Assembly (NCBI GenBank): GCA_964016885.1
Contig: OZ024745.1
Coordinates: 96,162,001 to 96,226,000 of the forward strand
Source of the DNA: Eledone cirrhosa
Taxonomy: Eukaryota
DNA length: 64,000 nt
Reading direction: 5' to 3'
A program made the position numbers and the translations under genes. Below the pieces are notes generated by a model. The model saw only the letters and a program-made list of their open reading frames with translations, searched no databases and had not been told where the DNA came from. Shown here piece by piece: positions 37,830-50,192 of this stretch; within the stretch, counting starts at the first letter, position 1, and the number at the start of each line of letters is the position of its first letter.

Positions 37830-38470
37830 ATACTATCAGGATGAATTCACTGGAGTACATGGTGGATATGGTTATGGTTATTATGGCTCAAGAAATGAAG
37901 AGGGAGTGAGGCTCTTAGATTTCGGCAATGCAAATGAACTAACCATTTGCAACACTAACTTCAGGAAATCTGCTAGCCACCTAATTATCTACTAATCAGT
38001 CGAATACACTAGCCAGATTAATTTTTTACTTGTATAAGACAATAAGATAGACAGATGCTAATATGTGCTGAAAAAGAATGTACTGACCAACACAAGTTAG
38101 TGGTTAGTGACATCAAAATAATCACAATACGAAACAATACACAGGAAAATATAGAGATGGAGAGTATGGCAGATAGAGGACCTTTCTATTAAATATAGGT
38201 TTAGAAAGGCTCTACGGGATGCATAAGATGAGAGAAGAGATGAGCTTGATACATATGACAGGGGATAATTGAAAATTCATACATGACAACCTATTCTGAA
38301 CCACTGATGAAACTTATGGCTGGAGCAAAATCCCAACCAGACTGAGGGTGACCTGGAGCAAAACCCCAACCAGACTGAGGGTGACCTGGTGGAGGAATAG
38401 CACAATGAATACAGCCATTAAAACCAAGAACAGCTATGGAAGGACTGGAAAAATAGTTGATCAGAATAGC
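37830..38470 (+). mobile_element. Degenerate RTE LINE fragment (end of APE domain)
   Basis: GVHGGYGYG..RNEEGVRLLDF...LTICNTNFRK; homologous to 31800-32400. Confidence 0.75.
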
Positions 38471-39245
38471 TCCTGATGAATTCAAAAAGGCACTGTAATA
38501 ATATATGGCATCTCCCAGGCATTTTAAACCTGGCTGAGTTCATCTCTGTTCAGGTCTGAACACAGCCGAATTCTTCCAGAGGAGGGAGAGAGGTAGAGAA
38601 GAAATGAGAAAAAGATATAGAGGAAGAATTGACCCTAGTAGTAGGCTGGTACTTTTTTTTATCGACCTCAAAAGGATGAAAGGCAAAGTTGAGTTTGAGA
38701 GGGGCTGAACTCAGAGTGCAGAGAGTCAAAATGAATACTGCAAAACCTATCTGCCATTCTAACAACTGTCAATTTATTGCCTATGAGATCCATTTACATC
38801 TCAACCTGAACTGACTGGGGCTACACAACAAGATTGTTACAACTGATGTTTCTCTTTCAATTATACAAATGATGTAAAAGCTCTGCTGCTCCTTCGGCTA
38901 ATTTAGCATAATGTTGTTGTTGTTACGGTGGTGGCTATTCTCCAAGAAAATTGAAGCTTTTGTTACCAGTTAAAAACATTTTGTGTCAAATATATCACAA
39001 ATGCCTTTGAGAAACTCCAAGACAGTCACAACTTTCCACTTTTTCAACAATTAACCTTCTGACCCTTTTTGCTACTATGCTTTTAATTAAATAATTTTAA
39101 TTAATGAAGAATTTGGGAAGAATTGCAATTATAGTTTCATTAAGATTATATTTGTAATATAACAAAATTTTCTTTTATAAAATTATGTTAGAAAGTTTTT
39201 ATTTAAGTAGAAATATTTTAGAAAATAGTAATAATTTATACTCAC

Positions 39246-39356
39246 ATTAAATTTTCCAAAATTTATTAAACCTGGATATGTCAATTCCCAAGGATGTTGT
39301 TTTATATAACTTCGAACTATATTAAGTGTAAATGTTGAGATCATTGAACAGAAAAA
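39246..39356 (-). CDS. CLCN7: CLCN7 exon h (111 nt): [37 protein letters not shown]
   Basis: ttcttcag / GTGAGT; [11 protein letters not shown] and PGLINFG. Confidence 0.95.
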
Positions 39357-40375
39357 CTGAAGAAAAAGAAAATTATATATAAATAGATGTGTGAAATCAT
39401 GTGTGGAAAAATTATAAAAATGTTATAACCCTAATACACTAGGATGTACAATGGCTTTGTGGTTAGGGTGTTGGAATCATAACCATATGGCCTTTAGTTC
39501 ACAAGTTACTACAGCTATTGAATTGTGATTTTCAGCAAGGCACATAACTATATGCCTAACTCTTTCTGTCTAACAGGTACTTTTCATTTCTACTTCATAG
39601 TTGTGATGGTTAGTGGCAATAATATAACATCCAACTTGGCAAATAATTACACTGCACTATTAACTTACAATAGGAAATTTGGTGTTCAGAAAAACAATGA
39701 ATGTTTACAAGAGTATATAAACATCAAGCTCATCAGGCTGTGTCCTATGAATCATTAAAGAAACTTAGAATCAACTGGTAAGACTATAGCATAACTGAAA
39801 AGTTTCTATAGTGTGCCAACCAGTAAGACCACAAAGTAATAATGACTGAGTATTGTTTTAGATCTGCTGATCATTTGATACATACATCTGAGAACCAACC
39901 TGCCAACAGTAGCATGGTGTAGATATCTTTTCATGGCCCAGTGATGGGAAGAAAAGGACACCATTGGGTAAGATCCATGAATTGGTGATATTCCTTGATG
40001 TTCAAAAAACAGGGCGCCAGAATGTGATATATTGTTCCTCTGTAGCTGGAGGATCTAAGACCTAAGATAGAAATGAAACACAAAAGACCTGGAGCCTTGT
40101 TTCATGCAAACAGAAGGGACAGTGTATGACAGAGTTTGTGTTATGTAGCAACTTGTTTGGAAGTGACATCTATTATAACAATAATATGGCTGGTTATACA
40201 ATTTGAAAAACACTAGAGGAAATGAAAACAGTTCTTAAAAATGTGGTTTCACATGCAAAGTAAATACCATAAGCAGAGTAGAACAACAAATATTGTGGCA
40301 AAACCAGACTAAAAGCTACTCTGTCCTTAATCTCAGTTTACAGTATCACTTTCAACAGCAAGGTCAGATATATGA

Positions 40376-41480
40376 TCAGTAGATCAAATAGCTGTGAGTT
40401 AAAAACACCAGTAGATCAAATAGCTGTGAGTTAAAAACACCAGTAGATCAAATAGCTGTGAGTTAAAAACACCAGTAGATCAAATAGCTGTGAGTTAAAA
40501 ACACCAGTAGATCAAATAGCTGTGAATTAAAAACACCAGTAGATCAAATAGCTGTGAGTTAAAAACACCAGTAGATCAAATAGCTGTGAGTTAAAAACAC
40601 CAGTAGATCAAATAGCTGTGAGTTAAAAACACCAGTAGTACAAATAGCTGTGAGTTAAAAACACCAGCAGATCAAATAGCTGCAAGACAACAAGTTGAGT
40701 TGAAACATACATATCAACAACAAGCTGTAGTGAAACATACATATCAACAACAAGCTGTAGTGAAACATACATATCAACAACAAGCTGTAGTGAAACATAC
40801 ATATCAACAACAAGCTGTAGTGAAACATACATATCAACAACAAGTTGGATTGAAACATACATATCAACAAGTTGTATTGATACATACATATTGACAAGTT
40901 GGATTGAAACATACATATCAACAAGTTGGATTGATACATACATAACAACAACAAGCTGTAGTGAAACATACATATCAACAAGTTGGATTGATACATACAT
41001 ATCAACAACAAGCTGTAGTGAAACATACATAACAACAACAAGCTGTAGTGAAACATACATATCAACAAGTTGGATTGATACATACATATCAACAAGTTGG
41101 ATTGATACATACATATCAACAACAAGTTGTATTGAAACATACATAACAACAACAAGTTGTATTGAAACATACATAACAACAACTAGTTGTATTGAAACAT
41201 ACATAACAACAAGCTGTAGTGAAACATACATATCAACAAGTTGGATTGATACATACATATCAACAACAAGTTGTATTGAAACATACATAACAACAACAAG
41301 CTGTAGTGAAACATACATATCAACAAGTTGGATTGATACATACATATCAACAAGTTATATTGATACATACATAACAACAACAAGTTGTATTGATACATAC
41401 AACAACAAGCTGTAGTGAAACATACATAACAACAAGTTGTATTGATACATACATAACAACAAGCTATCGTGAAACATGCA
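40376..41480. repeat. Abutting minisatellites: 32-bp (40376-40683) and 27/30-bp (40690-41480)
   Basis: cagtagatcaaatagctgtgagttaaaaacac; acaacaagctgtagtgaaacatacatatca. Confidence 0.95.
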
Positions 41481-41889
41481 TAGTGACACATCATCATTTT
41501 TACGTTGACTTTTCCATACTGGCATGGGTTGGACAAGACTATTTGAAGCAATGTTTAACACCCAGATTCTCTTCCTGACACCAACACTTTTAGTCACTTA
41601 TGTCAATCAGGAATATGGTGTACCTATTCTAAACTGGATAAACACATAAACATTACAAGGAATCATTAGAGCATCAGAGAAAATGCTTTATAGCATTTAG
41701 TTATGACTTTTTATGTTTTGAGTTTAAATCCTGTTGAGGTCAACTTTGCCTTTCATCCTTCTGGGGTGGATAAAATAAAATACCAGTTAAGTTGTGGGGT
41801 CAATAAAACTGACTGTCCACATTGCTGGTCTTGTGCCAATGTCAGAAAAAATTTTATGGAATAAGGTGCTCATAAAATACATTAAATTA

Positions 41890-42470
41890 ATGTGTTCACA
41901 CACCTACATATAGAATCATGTGTTCACACACCTACATATAGAATCATGTGTTCACACACTTACATATAGAATCATGTGTACACATAACTACATGTGGAAT
42001 TGCACGTGCACACAACAACACATGAAATCATATGTTCACACAGCAACATATAGATGCAAATGATCAAAAGGAAAGAGGCTGACTGTCAGATCAGTCCACT
42101 GAAACAATGTTTCCATTGGTCTTTCCATTGCTGATTCTATCCACCAGCCATAACTCCTGAGAGAAGCATCACTGCTTTTCTTATGACAAACATGTTACAA
42201 CAACAACATAGAATCATATGTTACAACAACAACAACACCAAATCACATATTACAACAACAGCACATGGAATCATATATTACAACAACAGCACATGGAATC
42301 ACATATTACAACAACAGCACATGGAATCACATATTACAACAACAGCACATGGAATCACATATTACAACAACAACACATGGAATCACATTATAACAACAGC
42401 ACATGGAATCACATGACCAAAAAAGGACATATGGAATCACATGACCAAAAAAGGACATATGGAATCGCAT
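41890..42470. repeat. ~28-bp degenerate minisatellites
   Basis: acaacaacagcacatggaatcacatatt and related units. Confidence 0.85.
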
Positions 42471-42561
42471 GATCAAACAAAAATACATAGAATCACCAAC
42501 AATAGAACAATGAGTTAGGACTGAAAAGAATGAGAATGCAGAAATCAAAATAGTAACTAAC

Positions 42562-42720
42562 TATTTTCCAAGTAAGAGCCTGGTTCCAAAAGCTTGCACC
42601 TTCTTCCAAGCTAAAGAGAACACCACCAACAGGAGCCCCAAAAGCAGCAGCAACACCTGCAGCAGCACCTCCAGACACAAAATCTCTTTTTTCAGTATCT
42701 GTACGGAAATATTCAAAAAC
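42562..42720 (-). CDS. CLCN7: CLCN7 exon g (159 nt): [53 protein letters not shown]
   Basis: tttccag / GTTAGT; [17 protein letters not shown] containing the proton glutamate. Confidence 0.97.
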
Positions 42721-43445
42721 CTGGAAATGAATTCAGAAGAAAGGTTAACAATAAGATGGCTTGCAGTGTTTCTTACAGATTTAAAAGATAGAATAATCTA
42801 TAAAACTAGATATAATATTGTAGCGGAACTATTTCATACCATCGCAAGCACCACAAGTTCATACACACACTCCTTCACCTTCAACATACATCATGACAAA
42901 CCGGAGTGGTCATTGTGTCCATTGGCCCAAGAGACTATCTAAAACGATTGGTTTGTTTAGCCAAATCACGTATGAAACATTGGCAATTAACAGTCTTAAT
43001 TACATCTTGTTACTGTTTGGCAGGTGTTCTATATGTATATATCTCAAATTTTCATACCGTGTTGACAGAGATACTTGTTGACCGGCCTCTGGCATAAAAG
43101 TCTGTTTGTGGGATCACCTGTTATTGCATTTAATTGTGTTCATAAATAATTTTCAATCAGTGTAGATTCCTTTCTGTCATGTTTAGGCAATTAACAGTCA
43201 TAATTACATATTGTTACTGTTTGGCAGGTGTTCTCCATTGACATCTTGCAGGCAGAGGTCCCTTTGCAGGATGGGTTATTTTGCATTTGATTATATTCGG
43301 GAATAACTTTCAAACTGAGGTAGATTTGTATATGTTCAAGTTAAGGCAAGTGACTGGATGTGGTTTAAAATGTCTGTTTGTGTAATAGCAGCAACTTCCC
43401 ATATATGGGAACAATACTCAATTGTGAGTCTTAATTGAAGTTTGT

Positions 43446-43993
43446 TTAACCCTTTAGCATTTACATTACTCTATATATACTACTGTGTTTTTGTGGTAAA
43501 TAATTATAATAATAATAATGAAATTATTGTGTACAGTGCTCAGGTGCACTACAACTCATCAAAGGTGCATGTATAGTACATAGAATAATATAAAAATGTC
43601 AAGTAAGTGAACAGTGTATGTGTGCATGTGTATGGAAGGGGAATATCAGGTGTAGTGTTGGCGAATTTCAGGAACTATCGAGGTTTTAAAGGCTGCAGTG
43701 TCCCAGCAGCTAACAACTGATGCAGGTAGTTTGTTCCATGCTTCAGCAACTCTGAGCGTGAAAAGATGTTTACGAAAGTCATGGGAGCTGTGCTGTTTTC
43801 TAACTTTGTAGGCATCCCCATGGGTGTTAGACACATTACTACCACTCCAACTCACATAATATAGAATCTGTGAGATTTTGATATTATTTATTTTGAGAAC
43901 AATACTTTAACATCAGTATGAGTGGCCAGTTATGGCCAGTGTAAACAGAAAGAGGTGAGAGAATTCTGGCCAGATTTGACTGGTTTAAATGCT
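43446..43993 (-). mobile_element. TTAA MITE family A copy interrupted by a CR1 3' fragment
   Basis: MITE halves at 43446-43500 and 43851-43993. Confidence 0.8.
43501..43850 (-). mobile_element. CR1-type LINE 3' end; sister copy at 25850-26090
   Basis: THG...K...RKHLFTLRVAEAWNKLPASVV, followed by a 3' UTR and (TTA)n tail. Confidence 0.8.
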
Positions 43994-44632
43994 TTCAGAT
44001 CATCCCTGATTACCTCAGCCCAGGTCTTATGTGGGCTCCCGTTCCCTGTCTACCAGGGGTCAAAATCTTGGTCCATGAATGTATCCACCTCTCACTACAG
44101 TTTACATATATTGAAACATAATGAAATAAAATAAATTGACACTTGAAAATAGAGATGTGTATGTGTGTGTGTGCATGCACATGTGTGCATGCGTGTTTGT
44201 GGACAAGTACATATAAACATACCCATATGTATATATTAAGAATAGGTGACACCAGTATAAATGAGTTTGCCTTGGATCTTGCAAGACTGAAGGGCACTTA
44301 CTAGCAAAAGCTGTATTCAAGAATCCAAGGTAATGTGACCAAAGAGTGAACAGAAGCCAGACCAATTATAGAAGAGGAACTGGGGGGGGGGGGGGGTTGC
44401 AAGGCATAAGTGAACCTGAGGCTATGATAGAAGGCTATAATAGGATTTTTTGTTATTTTCATAGATATTCTTTCTGACATAAACTGTCATGGCATGAGCT
44501 AGATTGTATTTATTGGCACTCCAACTCTATATTGGTTCTCTTTACAGGCAGCCATCTCTATTTAACAGCAGCTGTAGCACTCATCAGCATATCAGAGTCT
44601 CATGAGAACAAACCTGATAATCTTAAATATAC

Positions 44633-45048
44633 TTAAACCTTTTGATACCAACCCACCTCTAAACTGCCTCTTGTTCTATGAAACAAAACCACTTGTTTTA
44701 AAGACCCTTCTTTAACCCTTCTTTAACCCTTTAGCATTTAAACCAGCTGTAACTGGCCAAATTTTCTCACCTCTATCTATTCAAACGGGCTACTCATACT
44801 GATGTTAAGGTATTGTTCTCAAACTAAATAACATCAAAATCTCATAGATTCAATAATATGAGATAAAGCCTTTACCATGAAAACAGTATATAAATGCTTA
44901 AGGGTTAATTAAAATTTTCCAATATAATTTTACATAAGAACATTATGTTAAGTTAGAAATACCATCTTAGATAAATCCATCCCAAATTCTTCCTTAATTA
45001 ATTACAATACAAAGTATTTCATTAGAAATATAGTAATGAAGGGGTTAA
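44633..45048 (+). mobile_element. TTAA MITE family B copy with a nested family A copy (44723-44908)
   Basis: Outer sequence matches 27054-27287; inner copy has family A TIRs. Confidence 0.75.
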
Positions 45049-45120
45049 TGTTGGATACTCTCAGGTTTGTTTGCCTTAGTTTCTTAGGACAAATGTTATA
45101 GTATAAATACAAATTCTTAC

Positions 45121-45204
45121 ATTTAAATCAAATCGAAGAGATGATGACCTGCCTTGTGATATTCCAGCAGCAACAACTGCTCCAGAATGAATCATTGGAC
45201 CTTC
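45121..45204 (-). CDS. CLCN7: CLCN7 exon f (84 nt): [28 protein letters not shown]
   Basis: cattcag / GTAAGA; gating glutamate of GKEGP. Confidence 0.97.
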
Positions 45205-45417
45205 CTGAATGAAAAGAGAAAATCATGAAAATAAGTGCATATATGTGAATATTTATCAAAACACACACACACATATATGAAAGAGCTCAGCGTCAGGGTC
45301 CTGACTCTTTCATATTACCTCACTCTACTACCCAAAGTATCAAGTACTCTAGTGAGTAATTGTGTAACAGGATTTTACTGTATCCATTTTTGATTTATAT
45401 ATTGATATATATATTGA

Positions 45418-45632
45418 CAGTCGATCGACTTTTGTCAAATCGGACCGAGAAAACAATGTTTCCATTGGTCTTTCCAATTGCCAATACTATATGTCGGTCG
45501 CAACTCCAGGCAGAAGGAGCAAGGTGAAATAAAGTGTCTTGCACAAGGACATAACGCATCACCCAGTCCGGGAATCAAACCCCCAACCTCTTGATTGGGA
45601 ATCCAATTCTCTAATCACTTAGCCACGTGCCT
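45418..45632 (-). mobile_element. Second tRNA-derived SINE family
   Basis: Head ggcacgtggctaagtg...ggtttgattccc and core gtgcaagacactttatttcac. Related copies at 40-258, 6493-6785, 10829-11025, 18935-19225, 29090-29237 and 58160-58440. Confidence 0.8.
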
Positions 45633-45837
45633 GTTTTTAATGTTTAATCTCTGCTCAATCAGGGTTGATCAGAGATTAAACAACAGTGACCAGCCATTTT
45701 GTAGAAATAAAAGAAAGGACACAAAACAGCTAAATGATGGTATAATAATTTCTAACACCATTCAAGTGAAGAATGTTTTGCTAAGGCAGGAGGGGAAGGG
45801 ACATGCATTAAAAATATTATAAGCTTCAGTTTCTTAC

Positions 45838-45981
45838 CTTTCCAACAGCTAAACCTCCAGCCACAGCACATACAACACCAAAAATTTTAACCACAAGTGT
45901 CTTCAGACGTACTACTCTGGGAACTTTTACTCCATTTAAAAAACATTTAATTTGCGGGATTCCACTTCCAGATGCAACAGG
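45838..45981 (-). CDS. CLCN7: CLCN7 exon e (144 nt): [48 protein letters not shown]
   Basis: ttcttcag / GTAAGA; GSGIP selectivity motif. Confidence 0.97.
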
Positions 45982-48131
45982 CTGAAGAAAAAATAATTAA
46001 TATTATTTATGAATGAAGACATAGTTTATGTGTTTTACAACAATGTGTTATTTGCATTAGAGTCCACTGTATGACACCTTAGCCAAGTATATTCTACCAT
46101 AGCTCAGGAATGAAATTTGATGGACTTCTTCAAGGTTTCTGCCTATCAGATGTTGATAAAGGATAGCCTATCCCTATCTTGATAAGGGATAGCAGAATCA
46201 GTGCATTAGCCCAAAATACCGAGTAGTATTTCTTTCCATGTTGGCTATATCCTTTTTTACAATTCAGTTGGCATTGCCTTTCATTCTTGATATTCAACAT
46301 AAACATGATAAAACATTCACCATTATTCTCAATAGTACATCTATCTCTACTCTGCTTAGTTTTAGTCATTTGACTATGGCCATGATAGAGCTTTACTTTC
46401 AAGGACATAGTTAATTATATAGACACCCAATTGGACTATGGCCATGATAGAGCTTTACTTTCAAGGACATAGTTAATTATATAGACACCCAATTGGACTA
46501 TGGCGATGATAGAGCTTTTACTTTCAAGGAAATAATGATATAGACACCCAATAATTAAATCCTACCTATTTTATTGATTTGGAAGAATGAAAGGCAAAAT
46601 TGATCTGGATCAGATTTAAACCCAGAACATAAAGAGATGTAACTAAATATTGGTTTCTGATTTAAACACAAGGCCAACAATTTTGGGGAAAGGGAAAGTC
46701 GATTAAATCAACCCCAGTGGATTACTGATACTTTATTCTATCGACCCCGTAAGGATGAGAGACAAAGTTAACCTCGGTAGGATTTGAACTCCGATTGTAA
46801 CTATGCCACAAAGCATGTTGTTTGACACTCCACTAATACTCCCTTGCAAAGTATTTTGTATTATGCTCTACCAATTCCGATATATTCTCTATTAACACAT
46901 ATACTCTCTATTACATACAAGTTCTGAAATCAGAAAGAGACAGAGAGAGAGAAGTAGAATGTTGAATGGATGTTAAATCAAAACAAATGAGAAATAGTGA
47001 GTCATTTAAGCCAGTCCTCTTCTAGTTCTACAATAGCTTTATGTTAGAACAAAGTAGAAGCTATTGATAACCAATCTGTGGACTATTCAGTCATGTCAAG
47101 GACATGATAGCTTCCCAACTGTTGATCAAATTGATAAATGCACCTGGTACATGCTGTAAAGTGGTTGGTGATAGGAAGGACATCCAGCCATAGAAAGCTT
47201 GCTAAACAAAGGGTTGTGAGTGTCCTTCAGTTGTGTCAAAGACTGGACAACCTCCCCTGTGCACTTGATAAAATGTAAGACCATACATGAGAAGCAGACA
47301 TGCTCCACCTAGCCTGTTTGGGATGTCAGTAGCCCCAATTCAATACTGACTTGGTCTATGTAAACCGGTGCAACCCTTACTAGCAGAGAGAGCATATATT
47401 AAACAATTATGATGATGGTATTTGACATTTTGCTTCACATTGCTGCTTGTAAATTACATTTCAGTCATTCTGGAATGAAGGCATATAAGTAAAAGAATTT
47501 ATACTTTTCCAAAGAATATCAATGGATAGTGAAGAAAGCTATTTCTAATACTAAAAAATCTACTACAGAATTTTTTTTTATTACTTCATCAAGAGGAAAA
47601 GCAATGGCCATGGCCTTTTACAGGGCCTCCAAGATTGCTGGTGGGGAAGAAGGATTCCTCAAACCAAAGACCTGGCTTCAATACTTGCAATAGTGTGGAT
47701 CCAATAAAGCCATCCATAGGCTACATCATCATTATCATTTAACATCTATTTTTCTACATTTTCATGGGGTAAATAGGTTGCCATGTTATGAGACAATTCA
47801 GGTCTGATGATCATGTCTTGTTCATACAGATCTGTATTTTGGCTTCATCTCTACAGCTGGATGCCCTTCCTAACACCAACCACATTACAAAACCAGAAAA
47901 CAGCAGCATTTGAACTCAGAATACAGAGAGCTGGAACAAATACTCCAAGAATTTTCTATTCAATGCTCTAATGACTGCTAGTCTACCACCACTGACTGGT
48001 ATTTGATCACGTCCAGAGGGATGAAATGCAAACTTGACCTCTGTGGGTTTTGAACTCTTTATGAAGAATTTTCAGCTTCAATTTTCAGCATCCATTGTTA
48101 AAAGAAAGAAAAATTATAAAAATACACTTAC

Positions 48132-48241
48132 TGCAAAAATGACAGTTGCTATGGAACCAAGAGCACTAAAGCCTGCATTGAAGGCAATCCAAATTAAAAA
48201 TGTCATCCCCAAACAATTGTTCCTGTTGCACATATTAAAAT
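48132..48241 (-). CDS. CLCN7: CLCN7 exon d (110 nt): (Y)FNMCNRNNCLGMTFLIWIAFNAGFSALGSIATVIFA
   Basis: U12-type acceptor (CCTTAAT branch point, then TAG) and GTAAGT donor; phase 1 matches exon c. Confidence 0.9.
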
Positions 48242-48695
48242 CTATATTGTTAATTAAGGTAAAACATAAAAAAATAACAACATTACAGTTTATGCCAACA
48301 ACAATATAGAGTCAATAAAGAAAACTTGACAGTTACTTGACATGCTAGAAATAGCAGACAATGTTCGTTAAATCACATCCAACTGTTTTCAAAGGGAACA
48401 ACACATTGGATATTTTAGCCCTAAATACTCCTAAAAAAGAATGGTCCTTGACTGGAATACCTTTCATCATGGAACTTCCCAAAAGCTGTAGAAATGAGAT
48501 GATAGGGACTGGGGTCTCTATCATTCCACTGTAAAGTGGACGTGTAGGCGCCACGGAAGAAAAAGCACCCAGCACTCACTGTAAATGAGGTTGGTGTTAG
48601 GAAGGGCATCCAGCTGTAGAAATCAAGCCAGAACCAGTTCCCGTCCCACCCTTGCAAGCAGGGAAAAGCAGACGTAAAATGATGATGATGATAAG

Positions 48696-48751
<56 letters not shown>

Positions 48752-48785
48752 ATATACATATATAAGGACTATATATATATATAAG

Positions 48786-48844
<59 letters not shown>

Positions 48845-48850
<6 letters not shown>

Positions 48851-50150
48851 GTGGACGATATTTGTTCGCAAGATTACTGTCTAGGAACAAATAACACAGT
48901 AGTTTTATTTTTTAAGATTTATTTATCAAACTTGGGTCAGTTTGTCTTCATGACTTGTTCTTTCGATCTCACTCGATAAACCCGGCATTGGCTTTGATGA
49001 CGGCTTCAAGGCAGCCTCGGAACCGGCTACAGGCCTTCATCACTGTCCCCCGATTAGGCCCCTAAAGGCACTTGTGATCCTGGCCTTCAGATCGTCTTTC
49101 GTATTGCAGCTAGATCTGTTGGTGTCTCATTCTACTGCGCTCCACACAAAGAAGTTGAGGGGGTTGCAGTCAGTCGAACTGGAAGGCCAGATGTCAGGTG
49201 AAGTGTGGTCGACGAAGTTCTCTGACAGCCAGGCTTGTGTCTCTCGGCTGGTATGGCAAGGCGCTGAGTCTTGCTGCCACACATACGGCCTACCTGCAGC
49301 TACCTGGTTGATCCAGGGCTTTACTACCTCGCTCAGAACGTGGATGTAGCCACCGGTGTTCAGCTTGAGGCCCTCAGGGAAGAAGTGAGGTGACATGACG
49401 TCACCTTGACTGCTGACGACACCTAAGACCAATGTTGTCGCTGGAAACTTTGTCTGCATGACTCTGGGCACGTCTTTGGATGAGACAGCGAGCCACCTGT
49501 TGTTTTGGGAGTTGATCTTCTGGTCTTGGCAGAAGTTTTTCTCGTCGGAGGAAAACCACAGCATGTCTGGCTCCAGTGGGTATTTCAACTTGTTGATCAG
49601 CTTCTTTGCGTGCTTCAGTCGCTTTTCTTGCATCGCCTTTGACAGAAATTGTCCTTTCCTCATCTTGTATGAAACGTAGCGAATGTCTTCATGTACCACC
49701 AGCCTAATCAGCTTTTCATCCACGCCTTTCTCCCTTGCAATGGCACACATCGACTTGCTAGGTTCATTGTTGATGATATCCTGAACTTCAGCGACAAACT
49801 TGGGCGTTCTGAAAGCATCAGATCGTCAATCATGTGTTTTCCTCTCTGATGTTGCTTCGTAGTTAAATCCTGAATCTTCCAATTCTTTTCTGACCTTTTC
49901 CACCATTCTCCTGCTGACGCTGAGAAAGTGTGAAATTTCCATATTTGTCCTCCCGGCGCGGATTCGAAGAAGAACTCCGTGTCTCTTCCACAAATTTTGA
50001 GGTTCAAAATTATTCATAATCAATTATTCTGAAAATAAATAATGGAAATATAGTCACTGTTTTTATGAAGACAAGAGTGACAACGGAAGTAAAAAAAATT
50101 TGCATAAAATTAGCAGTTGAAAATTGCGAACAAATATCGTCCACAACCTG
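48845..50150 (-). mobile_element. Tc1/mariner DNA transposon of DD37D (maT) type, full length, inactivated
   Basis: ~27-bp TIRs (AGG.TGTGGACGATATTTGTTCGCAA) within (TA)n. Transposase motifs WFSSDEK and WQQDSAPCH, with 37 residues to the third catalytic position (D>N in DCNPLN). In-frame TGA stops at 49826 and 49127. Confidence 0.92.
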
Positions 50151-50192
50151 TGTATATATATATATATATATAAGGACTATATATATATATAT

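Noticed and set aside
38291-38485. Minus-strand ORF with a repeated PGHPQSGW, considered as a CLCN7 exon
   Set aside because: It is the antisense of an RTE fragment with a 33-bp internal duplication. The true exon for this part of the protein is 39246-39356.
40376-40683. 32-bp repeats resembling a CRISPR array
   Set aside because: Head-to-tail with no spacers, no cas genes, and a eukaryotic intron context.
40623-41597. Long repetitive ORFs (240 aa MYVSIQLV..., 175 aa, 174 aa)
   Set aside because: Translations of a 27/30-bp minisatellite whose unit length is a multiple of 3; intronic, with no splice or homology support.
49127-49828. In-frame TGA codons in the transposase as possible selenocysteine or readthrough
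   Set aside because: More simply explained as CGA>TGA decay. The catalytic residue is also mutated, and I recognised no SECIS.
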